A stretch of DNA of 64,000 bases from Clostridia bacterium (GTDB lineage Bacteria; Bacillota; Clostridia; Christensenellales; UBA3700): positions 32,786 to 96,785 of the forward strand of contig JAIDUV010000024.1 in NCBI GenBank assembly GCA_029060025.1. The letters are read 5' to 3'. Below are positions 47,101-56,294 of the stretch, piece by piece. Every line of letters begins with the position of its first letter. Within the stretch, counting starts at the first letter, position 1. Position numbers and translations under genes: made by a program. The notes beneath the pieces were generated by a model. It was given only the letters and a program-made list of their open reading frames with translations, had not been told where the DNA came from and did no database searches.

Positions 47101-48035
47101 TTCATCTCCTCCTTCAACTGCTTGCCCGTGACATTGAGGAAGACGTTGTCCATCTTGCCCTTTATCACTTCAAAATCGTCGATATACTCGGCGTAAGTCG
47201 TCAAAATCTCCTTTGCCTTGGATATCTCTTTTACTTCTATAAGCAAATGCCCGCTCTCTTCTTTGAATACGACGCCGTCGTTTGCAAAACGCTCTTTCAA
47301 CTCTTGAGAATAGTCGTATATTTTGATAAAGTCATACGCGTATTGATTTTTGAGATTATTAGGCGTATCGCTGGCTACGATTTTTCCACTGTCGATTATT
47401 ACTACGTAATCGGCATCGCTCGCCTCTTCCATATAATGCGTCGTAAGAAGCACCGTCAAGCCCATACTCGACCTCAACTCATTGAGAAATTCCCATACGG
47501 TAATTCTCGTATTGGGATCAAGTCCGGTGGTAGGCTCGTCCAAAATCAAAATCTTTGGCGAATGTATCAACGCTCTTGCAACGTCAATTCTGCGTTGCTG
47601 TCCGCCCGACAGTTTGCCAAAGGGTCTTTTCAAAAGATCGGCAAACTGCAATCTGTCAGCAAGATAGTTAAGCCTGTCTTTGAAGTCCTTGCCATTGAGT
47701 CCGTAAAGCCCCGCTCTAAACTTTAAATTGTCGTATACGGACAACTTGACGTCCAAAGAGTTTTCTTGAAAGACTACGCCAAGTATCGGCTTTATCTTCT
47801 GCATATTACCGTCAATGGACAATCCGTCGATATACACTTCTCCGCTGTCTTTCTCAAGCAGATTACATACGATGTTTATCGTCGTGCTTTTGCCTGCGCC
47901 GTTGAGTCCCAAAAAGGCAAACAACTCGCCCTCTTTTACGCAAAAGGATATGCCGTCCACCGCCTTGACTTCTTTAAAATATTTCTTTAAGTCTTTGATT
48001 TCGATTATATTTTTCATATCACTCCTTGTCGTCAA
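47097..48035 (-). CDS. ABC transporter ATP-binding protein
   Basis: Walker A GLNGAGKST, signature LSGGQQRR, Walker B ILILDEPT. Confidence 0.92.
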   Translation of the reverse strand: MTTRSDMKNIIEIKDLKKYFKEVKAVDGISFCVKEGELFAFLGLNGAGKSTTINIVCNLLEKDSGEVYIDGLSIDGNMQKIKPILGVVFQENSLDVKLSVYDNLKFRAGLYGLNGKDFKDRLNYLADRLQFADLLKRPFGKLSGGQQRRIDVARALIHSPKILILDEPTTGLDPNTRITVWEFLNELRSSMGLTVLLTTHYMEEASDADYVVIIDSGKIVASDTPNNLKNQYAYDFIKIYDYSQELKERFANDGVVFKEESGHLLIEVKEISKAKEILTTYAEYIDDFEVIKGKMDNVFLNVTGKQLKEEMK

Positions 48036-48570
48036 AATACAATTTGTAAAGCGCTCTAAACTGAGCCGTCAGTCTTTGTGAAATCTCTTCGTCAGACATA
48101 CCGCTGTCTGCGTGTTGCATAACCGCCAAACCGTAAGAGTAAATAGCCATATCCAAATGGAATTGCAATGCCTGCCGGTGCGAGACGCCATATTCTTCTT
48201 GAATAGTCTTGATTACTTCGATGAAATACGCGTCTTCTTCAAGCCATTTTATATCAAACGGTCTTTGGATATAAAGTCGAGAAAAAAGTTGTTTTTCCAT
48301 CTTAGCAAATTTCACAAAGCCCATTCCAAAAGCCTTATAGCCAGAAATACCGTTTTTATCCGAGTATTGCGCTATGTAAGTCTTGTGAATTTTTAGAATA
48401 CACAAATTTAATTCTCCTTCCAATTCCGCCATATTCTTAAACATCGAGTATATAGGCTGAGTCGAGCAACCCAGCCGCTTTGCAATATTTCTTGCGCTCA
48501 CCTCAATATCTTGTCTTATAAGTTCTACGGCGCAATTCAATATATCGTCCTTTGTAATTTTCTTATTCAA
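48019..48570 (-). CDS. TetR-family transcriptional regulator
   Basis: 183 aa with a TTG start and GGGAG upstream. N-terminal HTH ...SARNIAKRLGCSTQPIYSMFKNM. Confidence 0.85.
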   Translation of the reverse strand: MNKKITKDDILNCAVELIRQDIEVSARNIAKRLGCSTQPIYSMFKNMAELEGELNLCILKIHKTYIAQYSDKNGISGYKAFGMGFVKFAKMEKQLFSRLYIQRPFDIKWLEEDAYFIEVIKTIQEEYGVSHRQALQFHLDMAIYSYGLAVMQHADSGMSDEEISQRLTAQFRALYKLYFDDKE

Positions 48571-48591
48571 TTATACGTCTCCCAAATACAA

Positions 48592-48638
48592 ATAACACCT
48601 GTTATTTAGAGTATAACAGGTGTTATATTATATGTCAA
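48592..48638 (-). promoter_or_regulatory. TetR operon promoter with a 14-bp perfect inverted-repeat operator
   Basis: ataacacctgttat (48592-48605) and ataacaggtgttat (48613-48626). Minus strand: TTGACA, 17 nt, TATACT, overlapping the repeat. Confidence 0.7.
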
Positions 48639-48720
48639 CTATATCGTCAAAAATTACAACGCGATATATAAAAAAATTGGGACGGAGCAATACTCCATCC
48701 CAATTCAATTATCTTAATGT

Positions 48721-50526
48721 TTATTCTGACTTATTTTCGTCGTCAGACTTTTCTGCGACTTCGTCAGTCGTCACTTCGTCAACCGACAACTGTTCTTGCT
48801 CAGTTGCTTCCGAAACAGCGCTCCCATCCTCAGCCTTCTCTTCCAACGAGAAGCCCATTTCCAACGCTTGCTCTGCCGTCAATACGCCAAGACCTACTGC
48901 CTCAATGACATTCTCTTGAGCCAAGGTGTTGGATTCCAATTGTTCTTTGTATCCTCTTATCTTGATGTCCTTTGCCATTTCAAGTTGTTTCTTTTCCGTC
49001 AAATTCCAGAAAAGGAATGGAAGTATTGCAAGCACGCCGCAGACGATACTGAGTATGCCCCAGATAATCAATACGCTTTGCATTACGCCTTCTTCGCCGT
49101 AATCTTCTGCCGATGCAGCGCCTGCGAATTTGATCAAAAGCGTGGTGGTCAACCAACTCGACAACATTCCGCACACCGTCGTGATTACAGATGAAAACTG
49201 TGACATATATCCGTCAAGTCTCTCGCCCGTCTTCCATTGCTGGTATTCGCAATAGTCTGCCGTCATAGCAGGCGACGTAACCGTCCACAGCGCGGCAAAT
49301 ATATTGTGGAGGAAAACTCCGACGAAGTATACCCAAGCCGTTACGGAAGAATGGTATGCGAACTTAAACAAAATCAACAACAAGGCTGATATTATCGTTG
49401 AGCCTGCAAACGACAACAACGTCATATTCTTTTTACCTAGTTTCTTTTGGATAATAGGCGAGAATAACATTCCGGGCACAAAACCTACCGATGCAAGCGT
49501 CGGCATTATACCTCTCATTGCCGTACCCAACTGTCCGCCGAGAATATAAAGGCATACGTAGTTGGTCGCGGAGAATATCAAAAGTCTTCCAAACGCAAGT
49601 ATATTGGATATATTGAATATCCAGAAATACTTGTTCTTCATACTTTTTCTGATACCTGTCAAGAAACCGATTTTTTCTTTAACTTTCTTCTCTTGTATGA
49701 TTCTCTCTTTAGTACCGAAAAACATTACAAGCGAAAGCGCAACGCAGATAAGACCGACTATCGGGAATACGACTTTATATGTATTGATATTGTCCATACC
49801 GTAAGTAAGTCTCAAGCCCATATTACGGATCTGATCGGAAGTCATTTGACCAAACTCGTCACCGTATACCGAGCCGGACTGTCCGTAAATTCCGCCTGCA
49901 ATAAGTGGGAAAAACATCTGTACTATAGATGGTCCGAGCGAGTCAATAACGCCGCCGACCGAATATAACTTAGTACGTTCGTTTGTGTTGGGGGTAATAA
50001 CTTGCGCAAGTCCAGTTCTGCCGAATGAGAAGAAACTGAATACCGTCGTAGCAATAAATAATATCAACTGATAAGAACCGACTACCAGCCACTGCGTCTT
50101 GGCAGTATGTTCTAATGCGTTTTCCGGCATAAACCAATCGGGGATAAACGCCAAAAGCCAATAACTAAGCACGCACAAAGCGCCGGTAAAGAGCAAATAC
50201 GGTCTGTATTTTCCCCACTTAGTATTGGTATTGTCAATAATCCAGCCGACTATAGGCGCGCGGAAAAGCGTAAGCAACGCAATGATCCAAGTGGTATACT
50301 GAACTATCATAGCGTCGAAATTGTAGACAAGCGAAAGATGTACGCCCACGTTGATTGCAAAGTATTGGGTCAAGATACCAAATCCTTGCACGCCCATTCC
50401 GCCTACGGCGTAAGCGACGAATTCCCTGTTTGGCAAGTAATATCCCTCTTTGGGAGGAGTATTCCAATGCTTGAAAAAGTCTGTTACTACAAAACCGACT
50501 TTTTTAAAGATGTTTTGTTTTCCCAT
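48721..50526 (-). CDS. GPH-family glycoside/cation symporter (MFS-like) with an acidic C-terminal extension
   Basis: About 12 TM helices. Start trimmed to the ATG at 50526 (MGKQNIFKK), which has GGAGG upstream. Confidence 0.8.
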   Translation of the reverse strand: MGKQNIFKKVGFVVTDFFKHWNTPPKEGYYLPNREFVAYAVGGMGVQGFGILTQYFAINVGVHLSLVYNFDAMIVQYTTWIIALLTLFRAPIVGWIIDNTNTKWGKYRPYLLFTGALCVLSYWLLAFIPDWFMPENALEHTAKTQWLVVGSYQLILFIATTVFSFFSFGRTGLAQVITPNTNERTKLYSVGGVIDSLGPSIVQMFFPLIAGGIYGQSGSVYGDEFGQMTSDQIRNMGLRLTYGMDNINTYKVVFPIVGLICVALSLVMFFGTKERIIQEKKVKEKIGFLTGIRKSMKNKYFWIFNISNILAFGRLLIFSATNYVCLYILGGQLGTAMRGIMPTLASVGFVPGMLFSPIIQKKLGKKNMTLLSFAGSTIISALLLILFKFAYHSSVTAWVYFVGVFLHNIFAALWTVTSPAMTADYCEYQQWKTGERLDGYMSQFSSVITTVCGMLSSWLTTTLLIKFAGAASAEDYGEEGVMQSVLIIWGILSIVCGVLAILPFLFWNLTEKKQLEMAKDIKIRGYKEQLESNTLAQENVIEAVGLGVLTAEQALEMGFSLEEKAEDGSAVSEATEQEQLSVDEVTTDEVAEKSDDENKSE

Positions 50527-50787
50527 ATTTCCTCCTGCGCGCAAGCGCATATTATTTCACATTCTTATCATATTCTATACTGCGCGCACCAAAATAGCGC
50601 ACTATGTAATAAGTATAGCATACAATATCGCGTTTGTGTTACTTTTTTTAAAATTTTATGAAAATTATTTACCGCAATATAATTCTATCATTTTTTAGCA
50701 GTAATTTGTATTATTTCCACAAAAAGTCTCCGCGCATTTTAATGCCAATGCGCTTCAAGACTATTATATCATATAATATTGCGATAC

Positions 50788-52359
50788 TTACTTCCTTTTT
50801 TTGCCATACTTCTTGGTGACGATAGCGTCGTCTATAAGATTGTGCAAGCCTTGCCAATGCAATACGCGACGGTTGAACCAAGCAGTCTGACACTTGCCTA
50901 ACAACTTCGACGGATTTGCCCATTTCAAAGACGCGGACTTAAAGCCTTGCTTCTCAAAAAGTTTAAGGGTCGGCACAAGTCTCTTCTCAAACTCTTGATA
51001 ATCTTTTTCTCCGTCGTTCCACATACACTCTGACAACGCCGGAGTACGCGGCAAAAGATATCTGCAAGCCTTCTTAAAGTTGGGGATATACTCCGTCCAC
51101 AGAGTGAGTTCTGCTCCCACCAATTTATCGCGCTCCATATCTTCGGGCAACGGCTTTAGTTCATAACTTCTTTTAAGACTCGTCATACCGTATGGAAAAT
51201 CGACGTAATTATATTTGGAATTGCTGTTGAGGTATCCGCCGCTTTGATGCGCCAGGCTCTTGGTTATTCTTTCGCTGCCGCCGTGCTCGTCGCTCCAGAA
51301 TTGCCATATCACCTTTTCGTGAACGGTCTTGTCGACGTTTACGCCGTTCCACGCCATAGGAATATACCCCTTTTCAACAACAAATTCGCATACTCTGCGC
51401 ATAAAATGCGCTTGCAATTCTTCTTCGTCCTTAAGTCCGTATTTTGCAATGGTTGCTTGGCAATTCTCGCACAAAGTCCATCTGTGCCTAAATACTTCGT
51501 CTCCGCCGATATGTATATACTTCGTATTGCCGCCAAAAAGATCTATTACTTCGCTCAACACGTCGAATACCCATTCGTAAGTACTCTCTTTGCCTGCGCA
51601 AAGCGGATCGTGCTTGACGCCCCAATGCGTGGCTACCGGCAACTTTCTGTCAAAACAGCCAAGATAAGGATAGCAAGCAAGCGCCGCTTGAGCGTGACCC
51701 GGCAAATCTATCTCGGGCATTACTTCCACGTTGCGTTCGTTGGCGTAAGCAATCACCTGCCTTATCTGTTCTTTCGTATAGAATCCGCCGTGAGGCTTGA
51801 TTCCAAAATTGGTATGAGAACGTTTGCTGCCCTTTTGCGTGAGCAACGGATACTTGTCAATCTCTATTCTCCAACCTTGGTCTTCCGTCAGATGCCAATG
51901 CAACACGTTGAGTTTGTTGAGAAAACAAAAATCTATGTACTTGAGTACTTCCTCGACAGGGAAAAAGTATCTGCCGTTGTCGAGTAGCATACCTCTGAAT
52001 TTCAAATACGGCTCGTCTTGTATCTTACAATACGGCAAAACTCCGTCATAGTTTGAAATAAGATGTACTAGCGAACAAAACGCATAGTTCACTCCCTTCT
52101 TACTGTTTGCGCTTATGCTAATGCCGGACGCGGTGATTTCAAGAATATACCCCTCCTCGTCAATAGCCAATGCGCTGTCAATACCGTATTGAATTTTTAC
52201 GCCGTTATCCGACAAGGTCAGAGAATTTTTTTGCGCAAAATCTTTAAAAAAATCAAAAGCAAAACACGGCTCTCCAATCAAGTTGACCTCTTTGCAGTCC
52301 AGATTACCCTCAAAGACTTCTACGCTTGTAGGATAAGGTATGAGTTTTAATCTTTCCAT
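50788..52359 (-). CDS. GH20 beta-N-acetylhexosaminidase
   Basis: HWHLTEDQGWRIEI and YIHIGGDE catalytic motifs. Start trimmed to the ATG at 52359, which has GGAGG upstream. Confidence 0.9.
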   Translation of the reverse strand: MERLKLIPYPTSVEVFEGNLDCKEVNLIGEPCFAFDFFKDFAQKNSLTLSDNGVKIQYGIDSALAIDEEGYILEITASGISISANSKKGVNYAFCSLVHLISNYDGVLPYCKIQDEPYLKFRGMLLDNGRYFFPVEEVLKYIDFCFLNKLNVLHWHLTEDQGWRIEIDKYPLLTQKGSKRSHTNFGIKPHGGFYTKEQIRQVIAYANERNVEVMPEIDLPGHAQAALACYPYLGCFDRKLPVATHWGVKHDPLCAGKESTYEWVFDVLSEVIDLFGGNTKYIHIGGDEVFRHRWTLCENCQATIAKYGLKDEEELQAHFMRRVCEFVVEKGYIPMAWNGVNVDKTVHEKVIWQFWSDEHGGSERITKSLAHQSGGYLNSNSKYNYVDFPYGMTSLKRSYELKPLPEDMERDKLVGAELTLWTEYIPNFKKACRYLLPRTPALSECMWNDGEKDYQEFEKRLVPTLKLFEKQGFKSASLKWANPSKLLGKCQTAWFNRRVLHWQGLHNLIDDAIVTKKYGKKRK

Positions 52360-52396
52360 TATTTTCCTCCCCAATAATTTTTATGTGTCTATAGTT

Positions 52397-53284
52397 TTAC
52401 GCCAAATTAAGAAGATCGTCACTCGTAATAACGGCGTTTCCGTACGTATAATAACTGATACAAGTTTGCTCGCAAGACACTTTGATACCGCTGCTGTGTC
52501 TGCCCGAGTATTTCTCGTGACGTTTCCATATAAGAAACTTATATGCGCCGTCTTCATTTGTTATAGCAAAATCTATAGTCGTGTCTTCTATCTCAAATCC
52601 CTCTTCTTTTGCGCTGAGCATATCCAAAAACTCATCGAGCGCCGCTCTCTGCGTAGTCTTCATCTTCTCTTGACTACAGTCTATCTTGATGGTGCAGTAG
52701 TACACTCCGTCTGTCATATAGACGCCGTCATTGTGCTTGGAAGACAAATTGTCCCTGCTGTATATATCGTAAGTGGTAATCTTGCCTTTGAGTTCGTAAA
52801 GTTCTTTTTGCAAATCACCCTCAAAAGGCTTAAATTCTCCCCAATTCCTCACGGTAAACTCACCTGTCGACGCATCGTACTTTATATCTCTTTTTGTAGA
52901 ATTATTCAAATAACTTGCCGTATTGGTGTCATAATAAAATCTCTTTGCGCAAGTGCCATTGTCAAATCCAGTGCCGTAGATGACCTCTTGATTGTATACT
53001 TTTCCGTCAACGATTTTACGTATAAGATGCGTGTTACGCTTTGCTACAGAAGAAGAAAAAGCAAAATACTCTTCTCTCGTGTAATTCGGCTCTTTCAAGA
53101 AATTATCGAATGCTTCCATAACGATATCAAATGCGCTCATTCCTGCGACTGCTTCCTTGCCCTCGTAGTTGCCGAGATTTTTGTCCATTGCTTGCAAATC
53201 TACTCCGCCGCTGCACCCCATTGCCGACAACGCAATGATTGACACAAGCAAAAGCGCAACGGTTAAACAAATAATCTTTTTCAC
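52397..53284 (-). CDS. Hypothetical lipoprotein
   Basis: 295 aa; signal peptide with an AMGC lipobox. Confidence 0.7.
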   Translation of the reverse strand: MKKIICLTVALLLVSIIALSAMGCSGGVDLQAMDKNLGNYEGKEAVAGMSAFDIVMEAFDNFLKEPNYTREEYFAFSSSVAKRNTHLIRKIVDGKVYNQEVIYGTGFDNGTCAKRFYYDTNTASYLNNSTKRDIKYDASTGEFTVRNWGEFKPFEGDLQKELYELKGKITTYDIYSRDNLSSKHNDGVYMTDGVYYCTIKIDCSQEKMKTTQRAALDEFLDMLSAKEEGFEIEDTTIDFAITNEDGAYKFLIWKRHEKYSGRHSSGIKVSCEQTCISYYTYGNAVITSDDLLNLA

Positions 53285-53542
53285 TTTTCACCTTAAATTT
53301 ATAGAGTGTAATTCAATCAAAAATTGACCGCTTGTTAATATTATCCTTTAAATTTAATAATCTTGTCAATACTTTTATAAAAAACGCTGTCAAAATAACC
53401 AAAAATATAAATATATGCGCTCAAAAATAACCAACCGATAATAAAATCGTAGTGTCTTACGTCGTTTTGTGAAAAAGTAATATCCGGTATTGCTTTTTTA
53501 ATAAAAACAATGTATAATGATTTAAGTTAGGAGATCTATATT

Positions 53543-54817
53543 ATGAAAAACGCAATGTTCGACAAGGAATGGTTCAAACTTGACAATGCCGCAAAGATAT
53601 ATCCCGCGGCAAGAAGTTCAAGATGGAACGCCGTATTCCGTATGTCTGCAGTAATGAAAGAAGAAGTCAAACCGGAAATTCTTCAGCAAGCGCTGGACGA
53701 CGTAATAGACCGCTTCCCAACTTTTAGAATGACTTTGAAGAAAGGCTTCTTTTGGTATTACTTCCAATTCGTAGAGCACAAGCCAAAAATACAGGAAGAG
53801 ACTGATTATCCTTGCGCGATGATGCGACTTACCGGAAGAGATTACGTCTTTAGAGTGCTATACCATTCTCACAGAATATCTGTAGAAGTTTTCCACTCCA
53901 TTACGGACGGCACCGGCAATATCACCTTTCTTAAAACTTTGGTGATGAGATATTGCGAACTTTGCGGAGCGCAAATAGAAAATGTCGGAGATATATTGCA
54001 CTATGACGACGACCCTACTCCCGAAGAAGTAGAGGACTCCTTCTCGCGTTTTATAGATAAGAGCAAAGGAACACTTCCGAGAAAAGAGCCGTCGGCGTAT
54101 CAAATCAAAGGACAGAAAGAAAAAAGAGGCGTCCTCAACGTCACTCAAGGACGTATGCCTTTTGAACAACTCCACAGCGTCGCAAAATCATTTGGATGCA
54201 CGGTAAACACTTATTTGACGGCAGTGCTCGCTTATGCGCTTTTGAAAAGACAACTCTATGAAAAAAAGACGCATAAAAAACCTATCAGAGTACAGGTGCC
54301 TATAAATCTAAGAAAGATATTCGGGTCAGAAACACTGCGTAACTTTGCCGGATATTACAACACCAATCTTTCTCCCGAAGAAATGACTTTTGAAGAAGTC
54401 GTAAAAGAATTGGACAGCCAACTCAAAGAAAAGATTACGCCTGATTACTGTCAGAAGTTTATCAATTCCAACGTATCATTGGAAAAAAATCCAATAATCA
54501 AAGTTGCTCCGAGATTTTTGAAGACGCTCTTTATGAATATGTCATTCTATCTGGTGGGCGAAAATCTTATGTCCTGCACTTTCAGCAACATAGGCAACGT
54601 CGTCACGCCAAAGGAAATGTACGATTATATAGACAGATTTGAATTTGTACTCGGTCCGCAAAAATATATGACAAATTCTATGACTTGCGCGTCATATAAC
54701 GGCGTAAGCGTAGTGACGTTCTCTCGCACTTCAAAAGACCCGATTTTGGAGAGAGATTTCTTCAAAATTCTCACCGAACACGGCATCGAAGTGACCGTCA
54801 ACAGCAATAGGAGGTAA
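53543..54817 (+). CDS. Condensation/alcohol-acetyltransferase-like acyltransferase (HxxxDG family)
   Basis: 424 aa. The HSITDGTG motif sits at the position expected for the HHxxxDG catalytic loop. Confidence 0.7.
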   Translation: MKNAMFDKEWFKLDNAAKIYPAARSSRWNAVFRMSAVMKEEVKPEILQQALDDVIDRFPTFRMTLKKGFFWYYFQFVEHKPKIQEETDYPCAMMRLTGRDYVFRVLYHSHRISVEVFHSITDGTGNITFLKTLVMRYCELCGAQIENVGDILHYDDDPTPEEVEDSFSRFIDKSKGTLPRKEPSAYQIKGQKEKRGVLNVTQGRMPFEQLHSVAKSFGCTVNTYLTAVLAYALLKRQLYEKKTHKKPIRVQVPINLRKIFGSETLRNFAGYYNTNLSPEEMTFEEVVKELDSQLKEKITPDYCQKFINSNVSLEKNPIIKVAPRFLKTLFMNMSFYLVGENLMSCTFSNIGNVVTPKEMYDYIDRFEFVLGPQKYMTNSMTCASYNGVSVVTFSRTSKDPILERDFFKILTEHGIEVTVNSNRR

Positions 54818-54821
54818 TGTA

Positions 54822-55490
54822 ATGAAACAGTGTCGCAAATGCGGAGTTTTTGTCGACGACGATTTGGCAAACTGCCCTCTGTGCGGAGCCTATGCTCACG
54901 ACGAGACAAATTCCACTATATACGAATACCCCGAAGTAAACATAAAGACAAAAAGAAAACTCTTTTTGAAAATAAGTTTGTTTATTTCAATTTTTACTAT
55001 GGCATTGGTATTGGCTATTAACCTTGCGGTAAACCACACGGTGTCTTGGTCGATTCACGTCATATTCGGCTTTGCCTTGATATGGCTTTGTGTAAGCAGA
55101 CCCATCATTAAAAGATTTTGCGTGCGCAAACATCTAACTTGGGATTTTCTAGGCGTAATAGCATTGTTATTTTATATCAATATATGGACGTCAAAACTTG
55201 CAAATCCTTGGGCGTTCACGCTGGGTATGCCTATAGTCGTGCTGGTATGGCAAACGGTACTTGAAATTCTCACCCTTTCTCACAAAGGCGGCCGCGGAAA
55301 CTATGAGATATCTTTGACAAAAATATTCGCACTCTCTGCAATCTGCATAGGTGTATCCTTCCTTTGGACAAAGACTTGCACTTGGGGCTGGTATGTTTGT
55401 ACCGCAAGAGGTTTTGTCGACGTGCTTGCGCTGTCATTTTTTGCAAAAGACTCATACCTTGGCGAACTCAAAAGGCGTCTGCATATCTAA
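54822..55490 (+). CDS. Membrane protein with an N-terminal zinc ribbon (DUF6320-like)
   Basis: CRKCGVFVDDDLANCPLCGAY, then 5-6 TM helices. It starts 4 nt after the acyltransferase stop. Confidence 0.7.
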   Translation: MKQCRKCGVFVDDDLANCPLCGAYAHDETNSTIYEYPEVNIKTKRKLFLKISLFISIFTMALVLAINLAVNHTVSWSIHVIFGFALIWLCVSRPIIKRFCVRKHLTWDFLGVIALLFYINIWTSKLANPWAFTLGMPIVVLVWQTVLEILTLSHKGGRGNYEISLTKIFALSAICIGVSFLWTKTCTWGWYVCTARGFVDVLALSFFAKDSYLGELKRRLHI

Positions 55491-55513
55491 TTGATAATTC
55501 AGCCGTATAATTC

Positions 55514-55549
55514 AACCGCCGCTTACCCAATAAGTAAGCGGCGGTTTTT
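55514..55549 (+). terminator. Rho-independent terminator
   Basis: aaccgccgcttac / gtaagcggcggtt stem plus TTTTT. Confidence 0.85.
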
Positions 55550-55567
55550 ACATATTGACAATGTTAA

Positions 55568-56233
55568 CTATTGGAAATGTGAATAGCCCACTAAGTTGTC
55601 AAGCAAACCCTCAAAAATTTCTTGATACTTCAAGCCGCTTTTACCTGTCTCTTTCGACAAATCGTCGGCTAATTCAAAGTCATATATTGTTATGCTTAAA
55701 TTGCAAATACTGCCGCTATCCGCTCTCGCGCAGACGTCATAATCCACATAGCACATAGCATTTCCCTCGCCGTCACTTTCTATTTGAGGCACTACTTTAT
55801 ATTTATATTGTCCATACGTGAGGTCATACGAAGATTCATCGTAGTTTTTCATATTGACCCTAGAACAACCCAATTGAATAAAGGGATAACACTCGTCATC
55901 ATAATATTTTTTAAATTCACAAAAATATTCCCACGTCTTGGGAATCGGCTTCTCAAAACTGCAGTCTTTATATTGTCCCCACTTACCATTATACCTAATT
56001 GAAGCGGTATTATCACTTAAATGATAATCCCATTCTTCAAAAAATTCCAACGGAACGTATAAGTAATCCTCTCCCATAGCGTAAGGCAATTTATCATATT
56101 GCACTCTCATAAAACAGGTTTGTTCTCCAAAGACATAACCCAGCAAAAACGAAATAGGAGCAAGTGCTATGCAAAACGCCGCAAAATCTAGTATTGCCGA
56201 TACAGATATTGCAATCTTCTCTCTTTTTGTCAT
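55568..56233 (-). CDS. Hypothetical membrane-anchored protein
   Basis: 221 aa; N-terminal TM helix; Tyr/Asp/Cys-rich ectodomain. Confidence 0.6.
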   Translation of the reverse strand: MTKREKIAISVSAILDFAAFCIALAPISFLLGYVFGEQTCFMRVQYDKLPYAMGEDYLYVPLEFFEEWDYHLSDNTASIRYNGKWGQYKDCSFEKPIPKTWEYFCEFKKYYDDECYPFIQLGCSRVNMKNYDESSYDLTYGQYKYKVVPQIESDGEGNAMCYVDYDVCARADSGSICNLSITIYDFELADDLSKETGKSGLKYQEIFEGLLDNLVGYSHFQ

Positions 56234-56294
56234 ATCACTCCTCCTTCGTATAATACTACACGAATTTGAGAGTTTTGTATCGACTGTCTAGCAA

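Noticed and set aside
52340-53242. 300-aa plus-strand ORF
   Set aside because: It is antisense to the lipoprotein gene 52397-53284, which has a proper signal peptide, lipobox and RBS context.
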